DNA of 64,000 bases from the human T2T-CHM13v2.0 reference genome, Homo sapiens, in the NCBI RefSeq assembly GCF_009914755.1, contig NC_060932.1. The stretch is one strand, 5' to 3'. The first letter of the stretch is position 1. Every line of letters begins with the position of its first letter. Both the position numbers and the translations under genes were made by a program. The notes beneath the pieces are model-generated. The model was given only the letters and a program-made list of their open reading frames with translations. It ran no database searches and was not told the origin of the DNA. This document shows positions 1 through 12,568 of this stretch, one piece after another.

Positions 1-14
1 CACCCCCCACTCCA

Positions 15-51
15 GACAGACAGACACACACACAAACACACACACACACAC
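15..51. repeat. (CAGA)n/(CA)n microsatellite
   Basis: gacagacagacacacacacaaacacacacacacacac read directly. Confidence 0.9.
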
Positions 52-69
52 AAAAATTAGGAATTTTCA

Positions 70-556
70 TAGTATTTACCATAGCCTGATCTGGCTGCAG
101 CATACATGTCTAATCTCATCTTTTGTTACTGACCCCATGTTCATTCTGCACCAGCCATATGGGACTTCTTGCCCTTTTTGTTATGTACCCAGCTTCTTCC
201 TGGCTTAGCACCTTTGCAGTTATTTTTGCCTTTGCCTGGAATTGCGTGACTTCATCTCTTCTCAAGGATCATTGCCTCCCTTCAGTTTGTTCCTTCCTCA
301 CTATCACCTCCTCAAAGATGCCTTTCTGATCCTCAAGTGTATTTAAATTATCACTCTCTCATCTCCTCATATTTTACCCTGACTTTATATAAAATTATGT
401 TTTTATTTCCTTGCTTATTGGCTGACTTCCCTGCTAGAATCTAAGAGGTAGGAAGGGAAAAATTCAATTTGTCTCATTTATCACTATGCCTATAGCTCTA
501 GAACAAAGCCTGACAGGAAGTAGGCATTCTGTAAATATTTGTTGATGAAATGAATG
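70..556 (+). mobile_element. L2 LINE 3' fragment
   Basis: Ends in a typical L2 terminus (gtaggcattctgtaaatatttgttgatgaaatgaatg); boundaries approximate. Confidence 0.7.
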
Positions 557-888
557 GTAATATAATAACCTTCAAAACTTGATAAAATATGTTGATTTTT
601 ATGTGAATAACTTAGTTAATATTGTGGATTTGTATCAGTTGCATGGCATTTCACATAGGTGAAATGTCAAGAGAATATACCCTTTTTATAATGATGTCTA
701 ATTTATAATGATACCTAATTATTAGGTTGATGCAAAAGTAATGGTAGTTTTTGCATGGTTAGAATTTGCTGTTTGATATTGGAATGCATGCTTAAATAAA
801 TGTGGTTATGTTATACGTCATTTTAATGCACACTTCTTGCTTTTTTGCTAATGATTACTTACTATTTCTTTTCTATTTATTTTACGCT

Positions 889-1895
889 ATGGAAATGATG
901 CTACACAAAGAGCAAATTCAAGTAATTTTCTTAATTGAGTTCAAAATGGGTCATAAGGCAGTGGGGACAACTCACAACATCAACAACACATTTGGCTTAG
1001 GAACTGCTAATGAACATGCAGGGCAGTGATAGTTCAAGTTTTGCAAAGAAGACAAGAGCCTTGAAGATGAGCATAGCATCTTTCTATCAGAAGTTGACAA
1101 CAACCAATTGAGAGCAATCATGAAAGATGATCCCCTTACAACTATATGAGAAGTTGCCCAAGAACTTGACATTGACCATTCTATGGTCATTTGGCATTTG
1201 AAGCAGATTGGAAAGGTGAAAGAGCTCTACAACTGGGTGCCTCATGAGCTGACCAAAAATAAAAAAAAAATTGTTGCTTTGAAATAACATCTCTTATTCT
1301 ATGCAACAACAACAAACCATTTCTTGATTGGATTGTGATGTGCAATGAAAAATGGATTTTATATGACAGCTGGCAATGACCACCTCAGTGATTGGACTGA
1401 GAAGATCCAAAGCACTTCCCAAAACCAAACTTGAATAAAAAAAAGTTCATGGTCACTGTTTGGTGGTCTCCTGCTGGTTTTACTCACCACAGGTTTCTGA
1501 ATCCTGGCGAAACCATTACATCTGAGAAGTATGCTCAGCACATCCATGAGATGCACTGAAAAGTGCAATGCCCACAGCCAGCATTGGTCAACAGAAAGGG
1601 CCCAATTCTCCATGACAATGCCCAACTGTACATGGCACAACCAATGCTTCAAAAGTTGAAAGAATTGGGCTAAAAATTTTTGGCTCATCTGCCATATTAA
1701 CCTGACTTCTCATGAACTGACTACCACTTCTTCAAAAACATTGATGACTTTTTGCAAGGAAAACACTTCCACAACCAGCAGGATATAGAAAATGCTTTCC
1801 AAGCATTCATAGCATCCGAAAGCATTGATTTTCACACTACAGCAATAAATAAATATGTTCCTCATTGGCAAAAATGTGTTGATTGTATTGGTTCC
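889..1895 (+). pseudogene. Decayed HSMAR1 mariner transposase
   Basis: ATG at 889 gives MEMMLHKEQIQVIFLIEFKMGHKA, close to the Hsmar1/SETMAR transposase N-terminus. WVPHEL at 1234-1251 and LHDNA are intact. TGA at 1027, first catalytic D reads as N (CNEKW), a stop lies in the YSPDL motif, and the last codons are displaced by THE1C. Confidence 0.93.
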
Positions 1896-4226
1896 TGTGT
1901 TAGTCTGTTCTCACGCTGCTAATAAAGACTACCCAAAACCGGGTAATTTATAAAGGAAAGAGGTTTAGTTGACTCATAGTTTAGCATTGCTCAGGAGGCC
2001 TCAGGAAACTTATGATCATGATGGAAGGGGGAGCAAACATGTTCTTTTTTACATGGTGGCTGAAAGGAGAAGAATGAGAGCCCAGCAAAGGGGGAAGCCC
2101 CTTATAAAACCATCAGATCTTATTAAACTCACTCACTATCATGAGAACACAACAGAGGAAACTGCCCCCATGATTCAATTATCTCCACCACGTCCTTCTC
2201 ACAACACATGGGGATTGTGGGAACTACAATTCAAGATGAGATTTGGGTGGGAACACAGCCAAACCATATCGTTCTGCCCTGTCCCCTCCCTCCCAAATCT
2301 TGTGTCTTCACATTTCATAACACAATCATGCCTTTCCAACTGCCCCCCAAAGTCTCAACTCATTCCAGCATTAACCCAAAAGTCCAAGTCCAAAGTCTCA
2401 TCTGACACAAGGCAAGTCCCTTCTGCCTATGAACATGTAAAATCAAATGCAAGTTAGTTACTTCCTAGATTTAATGGGGATACAGGCATTGGGTAAATAC
2501 ACCCATTCCAAATGAGCAAAATTGGCCAAAACAAAGGGGCTATAGGGCCCACGCAAGTCCAAAAGTGTATGAGGAAGTAATTAAAGCTTTAAAATAATCT
2601 CCTTTGACTCTATGGCTTACATCCAGGTCACGCTGATGCAAAAAGTGGACTCCCATGGTCTTGGGCAGCTCTGCCTCTGTGGCTTTGCAAGCTACAGCTA
2701 CCCTCCTGGCTGGTTTCATGGGCTAGCATTGAGTGTCTGCAGCTTTTCCAGGCACATGGTGCAGGCTGTTGGTGGATCTGCCATTCTGTGATCTGGAGAA
2801 TGGTGGCTCTCTTCTCACAGCTCTACTAGGTAGTGCCCCAGTGGGGACTCTATATGGGGGCTTCAACCCCACATTTACCTTCCACACTGTACTAGAAGAG
2901 GTTCTCCATGAGGGCCCCTGCAGCAAACTTCTGCTAGGACATCCAGGCATTTCCATACATCGTCTGATATCTAGGAAGAGGTTCCCAAACCTCACTTCTT
3001 GACTTCCGTGCACCTGCAGGCCCAACACCATATGGAATTGCCAAGACATGGGGCTTGCATCCTCTGAAGCAACAGCTTGAGCTGTACCTTGGCTCATTTT
3101 AGCCATGGCTAGAGCTGAAGCAGCTGGGACACAGGGCACCATGTCCCAAGGCCGCATAGAGCAGGGGGGCCCTGGCCATGGCCCACAAAATCATTTTTCC
3201 CTCCTAGGCCTCTGGCCCTCTGAGGGGAGGGGCTGCTGTGAAGGTCTCTGACATGACCTGGAGACATTTTCCCCATTGTCTCGGAGATTAACATTCAGCT
3301 CCTCATTACTTATGCAAATTTCTGCAGCTGGCTTCAATTTTTCCCCAGAAAATGAGGTTTTCTTTTCTATCACATCATCAGTCTGCAAATTTTCCAAACT
3401 CCTCTTGAACACTTTGCTGCTTAGAAATTTCTTCTTCCAGATACCCTAAATCATCTCTGTCAAGTTCAAAGTTCAATATATCTCTGGGGCAGGGGCAAAA
3501 TGCCACTAGTCTCTTTGCATAGCAAGAGTGGCCTTTAGTCCAGTTCCCAAGAAGTTCCCCATCTCCATCTGAGACCACCTCAACATGGACTTCATTGTCC
3601 ATATTACCATCAGCATTTTGGTCAAGGCCATTTAACAACTCTGTAGGATGTTCCAAACTTTCCCATATCTTCCTGTCTTTTGAGTCCTCCAAGTCTCTAG
3701 GAAGTTTCATACTTTCCCACATTTTCTTGTTTTCTCCTGAGTCCTCTAAACTGTTCCAACCTCTGCCTGTTAGCCAGTTTCAAAGTCACTTCCACATTTT
3801 CAGGTATCCTTATAGCAGCACTCCACTTTACTGGTACCAATTTACTATATTAATTCATTCTTACACTGCTAATAAAGACACACCCAAGACTGGCTAACTT
3901 ATAATGGAAAGAGATTTAATTGGCTTATAGTTCAGCATTGCTCAGGAGGCCTCAGGAAACTTAGAATCATGACGGAAGGGGAAGCAGCCACATCCTTCTT
4001 CACATGGCAGCATAAAGGAGAAGAATGAGAGCCTGGTGAAGGACTCTTCTTATAAAACTATGAAGTATTGCATAAAACTAGTGCATCTTGTGAGAACTAA
4101 CTATCATGAGAACAGGATGGGGGAAACTGCCCCCATGATTCAATTTTCTCTATCTGGGGGATATGGGGATTATGGGAACTGTAATTCAAGATGAGATTTG
4201 GGTGGGGACATAACCAAACTCTATCA
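1896..4226 (-). mobile_element. Complete THE1C MaLR element (3' LTR 1896-2271, internal 2272-3845, 5' LTR 3846-4226)
   Basis: Two direct LTRs (tgtgttagtc...ccaaaccatatc and tatattaattc...ccaaactctatca) share the variant cattgctcaggaggcctcagg. THE1-int sequence lies between them. Degenerate 5-bp TSD gttcc/ttttc. Confidence 0.93.
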
Positions 4227-6049
4227 TTTTCTATTCTCATTAATAAAGACGTGTTTTAGCCTAGTTAAATTGATTTGAAATTCATGGTCCAAAACCACAA
4301 TTACATTTGCACTAACCCAGTAAATAAAACTTTAGTTGAGAATGTGATTATGGCACATATACTTTTGACATGAGCTCAGGCTCTGTGCTTAAAAGTCTAC
4401 AAAACAGATAGGTATACTGAAGTTTAGAGCATTTAAACTACTAAATATTGAAAGTGTGATGTGTACAAAGGCAGACTAATACTGGAGCAGTGGCCTTTAA
4501 TCATTACCCATGTTTCTGTTCCGAGGGCTAAACCATTCATAAGTCACTAACTTTGGAAGGGTTTCTCAAATGTAGGTGAGTGAGAAAAACCTGTGATAAT
4601 TGAGTTTTAAACCCAAAGGGATTACGGTCATTTCCTATGGCATTAAAAGAAGATTTCTTGAACCTAGGTCTTGATTGCAGATGGTAGACTTCATCCAGAC
4701 TTTCAGTTCATCGAGTTTCAATTTAATAGGAAGTATAGTCCTCAGTAAATATATTTGTTGTTAAACTATTACATATCTCTGGGTCATCATGCATTCATGC
4801 AAGTGGTTTCATACCTTTTATCATTTTGAATTATAGGGTCCATTTTACAGACCATTGTTATCTCAAAGCAAGGCAGGGCTACAGGTTGATGATAAACTTC
4901 TTTGGCTCTAGTTTCTACCACAAATTTTATAGATATCCATCCTCTATTTCAGAGTCTCACTACTATTCCTTGGGAGGCCTCTGGGGATATCTCATATGTG
5001 CTCACAAATAGGTCACTTCTGCTATCATAAATATACTTCCGAGATATTTGCCTTCTCTAGGCCTCACATGTCTGTAAACCCTCATGAGAGCAACTCACTT
5101 TACCACTGCTGGCTGTGTGCACTGCACAGGGAGCTGATATTCATGCCTCAATCAGGTTTTCCTGTTTTCCAGGCCCCTGAGGTGCTTTTCTTGTGTCAGT
5201 GGCAGCTTTTGTTCTACAGATATCCAGGATGTGTTATCTACTAAGGAAGGAGCATCTTTTTTCTCACTGTTTTGTGTTCCACTGGTAGCAAAGCAAAAAA
5301 GGTTTCACAAGGATTTGGGGATGAAAGATCTTTTGATTCTTGTTTTATTAATTATTTTTAATACGATCACACTTTTTTCCTTAGACCTGAGACACATGCA
5401 TGGAGAGGATAGGAAGGGGGAAAGAGGAAGGAGGTGAATAGTGGATAAGCCTCAGCTGCAGATAGTATTTCTGGGGTCCTGGGAATGTTCAATATATGGC
5501 AGATGTTAAATAAGAACGACACTGTTTTCCAATAGGCCTGTCAGATGACTGATGTGTTCATACTAGCCAATCTCAAGTGCCTGTCCTTTTCTTCTTCTTT
5601 CCCAGGTAGCTCTTTCTATTAGATGGCTCCTGGTGGAGCCATCCAACAAACACTCCCTTCATATTCAAGCATGCTGAAATCTCAGGCTGGAGATCTGGGT
5701 ATAAATATAACCTGGGTCCTCCTAAACTGCATTGCTTAGCTGTTTTATACCTACACTCTTATTTTAATATAATACTGTATTTCTTTGCTGCATTTTTTTG
5801 TTAATTCACTTTCCACTTAAATACAAAGGTTTGTATTATTATCCTGAAATCTCTAACATCTGCCATCTATTTAGCTGCTTAAATCTCCACCCCTGTAATT
5901 TAAATATAATTAGGTTCCTGTTTCTTCCATTTCTTGTTGGTTTCTTCTCATATTAAAAAAAAATTTCTCTTGTTGTCTTAATTTCTTGATTTCTTGTTTT
6001 CTATTTATGTATTTTCTAGCTGATTGTGGTTTCAGGTTTTAGAAGTTGA

Positions 6050-6427
<378 letters not shown>

Positions 6428-6956
6428 TTTTATCCCTTTTTCAATGTCGTTAAGACTTTCTTTGGCAGTTTGGCTCCCTAACCCTATTCATATACTTAAA
6501 AATTGACTAAAGATTTTGCTGATGAAATTCAGTCTGTCTTGCATCGAGCACATTTTAATTTCAACTTTTATTTAAACTTATGTAATGCTTTATAAGTATT
6601 AATTAATCTACTCCCCTTCCTCAAATGAAAGTAAGGACCCATGGTGATTGAATTGCAGCTAAAGTCTGGTAAAATGATATTCAACTCATGAGAAATGTTG
6701 GCCACCACTGGTAAGACTGTTATTGAACACAGAAAAAAGAAGTGATGTCTTTGATACATAAAATTACTTGGCTTGAACTTGCAGAAATACAAATGTTTTG
6801 TTCTTTGGTCTCACTTCAATATCAAAGTTCAACAGTAAATCACCCTGTTTTAAATTATCACTTTCATTGTAAGAACTCAAAGCAGCATCAGAATAAATAT
6901 GAGGTATTAGTAAGCTTTAAAGTAGAATCAGGATTCCTAAGGCAATGATGGTAGTC

Positions 6957-6975
6957 TGTGTGTGTGTGTGTGTGT
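6957..6975. repeat. (TG)n microsatellite
   Basis: Direct reading. Confidence 0.85.
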
Positions 6976-7223
6976 TTGCATGTAGAATCTCAGCCACATA
7001 AAATAATTTATGTAATGCATTGAGCTTCTTATAGATGCCTGGAATTGTATATATACCTTGGTATCTGTACATTTGATATTGTATAAAGCAATTTAGAATT
7101 TATCCTAAAATAGGCATTTATTCCACCAACAATAGTTGAATATATTTATTCCTGAATGTGCTTCTGATATGAGGTATTTTTTTAAAACTGTGTTAAAAAA
7201 TGTCTTTAACCCACACTATAAAT

Positions 7224-7407
7224 TACTAGAGGGGGAAGTGAGGAAGCGGGTTAAGGGCTAAAAAACCACCTATTGGGTACTATGCCCACTACCTGTGTGA
7301 TGGGATTATTCATACCCCATACTTTAACATCATGCAATGTACTCAGGTAACAAACCTCCACAGGCATCCCCTAAATCTAAAATAAAAGTTGAAATTATAA
7401 AAAATAA
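7224..7407 (+). mobile_element. 5'-truncated L1 3' end (L1PB-like)
   Basis: cctattgggtactatgcccactacctg...gtaacaaacct...aatctaaaataaaagttgaaatt followed by an A-rich tail. Confidence 0.85.
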
Positions 7408-9268
7408 TTTTTCTTAACTCAACCTTAACTTTGGACAAATGAGACAGTATAATCTGTCACTGATGGAACTCAGTGCTGACTGATCACACACAAGCCATCC
7501 ATAACAATGTGCAGGACAATCCTTTCTGCAGGACTGGCCACTCACAGAAGCCCATTTCCACCCATTATACTTTCCTGGGCACAGTCTCTACTTCTTCTGC
7601 TCCCCAAGGACCCTATTTCTTTTCAGATCTCCTCTCCACCCCTTTCCTATTGGTGTTCTAGGTCCACTTTCACACACCACTCCCTTCTTCCTCTCATAGT
7701 CCTACCCTTTCTCTTTCTCCTTTGGCTGGGGATGTCTGTCATGCAGTTCCAGTCATTCTTCCTTAAACTAGAGAGTGTTCAAATCCAAGGAGGGTTGAGG
7801 ACATTTGCAGGGAGACAATTAAAACAATTCTGACTAATCTCAGTGCCAATTCTCTAGAGGCAAAACAGATTTTGGTTTAGCTAGGATGGCTTGTCTCTTG
7901 CAGGACACCTGAGTATTATTTCACTGGAGAGACCCTCTATCTCTTATCTTGCTATCAGGTACAGTGAAAAGGGCCTCTTCTTCATTGTCCAGGCTTTCTA
8001 CGTGCAAGTTCCAGAAGGTGATGGTTGTGTTTTATGTTCCAATGTGAGGATAAAGAGAGAAAAACTTCTTACCTTCTGCAGTGGTTGAAAATGAATTTGA
8101 ACACATCAAAAAACTATTACAGACGGTGTTGGACAAATCATAAGTAGAAAATCATAACATTCCTTGGTAAGTTTTGGTTTGAAATCCATTGGTTTAAAAT
8201 GAAATTGAGAAAGTAGATCTAGTTGGGTAGAAGCAAAGATGACTATCAGGTTTAGCTGATGATATTTTCCCAACCCTTCCTTGAGCAAGTCATTCCTGCA
8301 TATGGTTAGTGAGGAGCCTGTGGTTTTTGAAAGAATTCTGCCTGTGGGCAGACTTCCATCAGAGTGAGCAAATAATAGTTCACTCTCCACCTGCTCAGCA
8401 TAATGGACATTTTCAATGTTTTCTGCACTCTATTGTGCTCTGGAGTTAGGAACCTGGGCTTGAAGGTTTGATTATTGATGTGTGTGGTCATTTGAAATAT
8501 TCTTGGACTCACCTCATCTGCTTTTGGCAGAATTCAGAAAGTTAAGTTCAAAATACTGAAGGCAAAGTAAAGCAAGTGCCAGCTTGAAGTGTTCTTCCGA
8601 GATTTTTTTAAAGGACACTTATATGGAATTCTGTGTATTAGGAAAATGTACATTTCAAATATAAATGAGAACATGAATAAAATAAAATAATCGCCACAGT
8701 ATTTAATCTCCATAACAATGATGTGATAGTCTTTATTTAAAAGGTGCCTAAAAATAAAAGCCAAACCATATTCTCAATGAACACTGATTTAGTAATTTTT
8801 AAAATTCTAATGGAGTATGCACTAGTTCTTTAAAGTCTAATATCATAAAAATCTCCATGCTGATGAACTTTAAGATGCATGTTTTACATCCTTTCCCTGA
8901 AAAGCAGCACAAGAAAAGTAACATATGCATGCTATACAATGCCCCCTAAAGTGATTGGGGTTAATGTCCTAGAAGACGATTGTTGCTTTATCTTATTTAA
9001 GCCTCTGAGGTTTAGACTCATCCAATGATCATAAGAATATAAGCTCAGGCTTTTAGACTTGAGTCTTTAAATTAGAAATGACTTAGTGTAAAACAATGTT
9101 TTATGAAATGTGAGCTATAAGACAATAGTATCTAGAAATATTAGTATATGTTAAAACATAAAAAGTTTAGATTTTTAAATAATTGGGAAATTCTTGGTTA
9201 AACAAATTTAAATAGGATTCTTTATTAAAACACTGTAATATGCTAAGATGCTTCACAGCTCTAGATAG

Positions 9269-9800
9269 CATTTAAGCAATAAATATTTATCTAGTTCCTA
9301 CTGTGTGCCAGGAATGGTACCATGCTTTGCTCAAAGAAACATCAACAAATCAGACATGGTTTCTGTCCTCACAAGCTTTCCAAAGTAGTGGGAAGATAGA
9401 GATTAAACAAATAAAAATGTAAATGTTTAGATAGCAGTGAATCGTAATGTACTATGGAGGGAAAGAATAAGATGCCATGAGAATGAAGAAGAGGTATCAA
9501 TTTAACTGGAGGATGGATTTAGGAAATTCCTCCCACAAAAAGGGTGATCTAAACTGGAGCAAGAAGTGGGAATTAGCCAGATAAAGAGGGGCATTTAAGA
9601 TCATAGAGTGAAAAAGCAAATTCAAAGTTTCAAGGCAAGAGAGAGTTTGCTATATAGGAGGAGAGAAAAGGCCAATGTGGTTAAAGTCTAGCAAACAAGA
9701 GACTCGAGATGAAGTAGGAGAAATAATTAAGGGTAAGTCCATGCAGAATCTTATAGATAATATGAATGATGATTTTTATTCTAAGTGCAAATTTTTTAAG
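9269..9800 (-). mobile_element. L2 fragment
   Basis: aataaatatttat...ctactgtgtgccagg is the reverse complement of the L2 3' end. Confidence 0.7.
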
Positions 9801-10059
9801 GAGGGAACTGGTGTTTAAAATATCATTTTCCTGAAAAAGATATTTAGAATTCCTCAAATGTATTGACCATGAAAATTTATTTTAATGATAAATTTCCTGG
9901 GAAATTTTGGAAAATATTTTGGCTAATACTTTAAGAAATCCTACTCTAACCAAGGACTGTCTATCACTTAACAACTCCAATTGTAAGGGATCAAAAATAG
10001 TAAAAGAGACTTCAATCAGTTCAAATACATTTATCAGCATCAGAAATATTCAGAAGTAG

Positions 10060-10392
<333 letters not shown>

Positions 10393-10608
10393 CAGTTTCT
10401 CTTTATCAGTAGTTCCTATTCCTATTTTGGTTTTATTCTGAGGCTCAAAAATATAACCCCAGAATGCCAGGATTTTCCACTGTGGTTACAAGGTAGCTGA
10501 ATCATCTCCTCATATGCTCCCAGACAGAATGCCAGTGAAAAAGAGAAACCTCTTTTGCAACATTTTAGAAAAATTCTATTGCCTTTTGCTACCTATCATT
10601 GAAGTGCT

Positions 10609-10990
10609 TGATTTGGTTTGGATTTGTGTCCCCACCCAAATCTCATGTTAAATTGTAATCCTTGATGTTAGAGGAGAGGCCTGGTAGGAGGTGACTGGAT
10701 CATGGGGGTGCTTTTCCCTTTGCTGTTCTTATGGTAGTGAGTGAGTTCTCACAAGATCTGGTTGTTTACAAATATGTAGCACCTCCCCCTTCACTCTCTT
10801 CCTCCTGCTCCTGCCATGTGAGACGTGCCTGCTTTCCCTTCACCTTCCACCATGACCATAAGTTTCCTGAGGCCTCACCAGCCATGCTTCCTGTACAGCC
10901 TGCAGATCCCTAAGCCTATTAAACCCCTTTTCTTATAGATTACCCAATTTCAGGTATTTTTTTATGGCAGTGCAAGAACAGACTAATACA
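10609..10990 (+). mobile_element. MSTA-type MaLR solo LTR
   Basis: tgatttggtttggatttgtgtccccacccaaatctc...gactaataca; perfect 5-bp TSD gtgct at 10604-10608 and 10991-10995. Confidence 0.93.
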
Positions 10991-12329
10991 GTGCTCATCT
11001 GGGACCCAATCATTCATATCAAGGTATGGTACATGTTGATCAGTTTAGGCTTAAGTAACCTGTAGCCTTGTCTATTTGGATTCCCGCATATAAACCTGGG
11101 ATAAATACTATAAGACGAAACAATGCTGGAGAAGTAGAGAGCAAAACTCCATTACAGATATTTTTTAATTTTACTGTTTTGAGTAATCATGTATTTCCTT
11201 TTGAAATATGAAAAGGAAATGCAATAAAGTTTCTAAAATAGCACTATCTAAAGAACTAAGTAGGGCACAAAACCAAAGTGCTTTTTGTTGCTTCTGGGTG
11301 GTTACAGAAAGTAGAAAAATTATTTAAAAATGAAGCAAGATACTTCTGTCATTACTACTACTTAATTCTTCACCCCCATCTATAACTACTACAGCGAGGT
11401 TATTCTATCTACACCAGTAAATTACTAAATAAATGAAGTTATGTGATTCATTTAAATTATTGCCTGCATCCCTACCATTTTGTGCTTCCAAATACATATA
11501 CCTTTCACTGCATCAGACATATGGCTAAATTTGCTTAGACTTCTGCTAGTTTATAAGGAAACTAGAAAGGCATATGCCTTTATAAAAATACAAGTCTTAA
11601 GGATTATAAAAGGTGATTTCATGGTTAGATTCTTCGACCAGAATGTTCTCCAGTCCATTTGGGATAGTAATAAATATTGGAATTTATAAGAGGCAGTGTG
11701 TCAAACTCCTGAGCATATAAAATAAATTTTAAAAGTATAAAAGGAAAAAATGCTCTTCCATGAGATGAAAATATGGTCTGAGTGTATCAAAGTAGACTTA
11801 GTTAAATTGTGGAGCCTGAATAAAAACTACAGGTCAAGGAAAAGCTACAACCCTTACAGCATCAACTAGCAACATATTTTTAGTCTTACAGATGGTGGTT
11901 AACACTTTCGGTCATTTAAACTTTGTTCTTCATTTTATGACTGTTGTACGAAAATAGTTGGGGCCATAGCAGGGGAGGAAATTGTCAGGGAGGTTTTGTG
12001 GATGAAATGAGAATTCAGGGAATTTTTTTAAAAGGGATATGAAAGTGTGTGGCAGATAATCCTAACAGGGAGTCAAATACAGGGGCAAAACAGCTTGGCA
12101 CCTAGAATCTTATTGTCCTCACCTCAAAAACAGGTTCTATTTCCCTCTAATACCAAGAAGTGTCCTGTAGCAAATTTCTTAAGGATTTTTAGACTGGTAG
12201 ACAACCAAAGCCAGATGGTGTTTTCCAATTTCATTCTGGGTATCTTTCCTTCCAAACTTCCCTCTCATCTTACAGAAAGAAAACTTGATTTGCCTTTAGA
12301 CATGAAGAGAAAAGAAAGTATGCTAATAT

Positions 12330-12410
12330 TCTTTTTCTTCCTCTTTCTGTTTTTCTCCTGTCTATCCTTCTCCTACTTCTTCTTCCTCTTTTTCTTCTTT
12401 TTGATCCTTT
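12330..12410. repeat. CT-rich low-complexity tract
   Basis: Long pyrimidine-rich run. Confidence 0.7.
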
Positions 12411-12568
12411 TACACTAGGAACATAGGTATGGAAGTTTGGATGCAGGTGGGTTTAAGCATAAATATTGTATGAAGGTACTTTAAAAAAGCAATCATGGAG
12501 TATTAAAAAACTTAGCATACAATTTATATCTATTAGTTGTCCAGTGATATTTTGGGAGAGTTAATGTA

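Larger units (their letters stand above)
722..4320 (+). mobile_element. Full-length HSMAR1 (Tc1/mariner) DNA transposon, interrupted by THE1C at 1896-4226
   Basis: Left TIR ttaggttgatgcaaaagtaat after TA (720-721); right end aaaaccacaattacatttgcactaacccag followed by TA (4321-4322); transposase remnant inside. Confidence 0.95.

Noticed and set aside
3640-3752. About 55-bp tandem duplication in the THE1 internal region
   Set aside because: It may be part of the subfamily consensus, which I cannot check
1969-3897. Long ORFs (162, 144, 114 and 100 aa) near the window start
   Set aside because: They lie inside THE1C LTR or internal sequence and are TE-derived, with no evidence of being host genes
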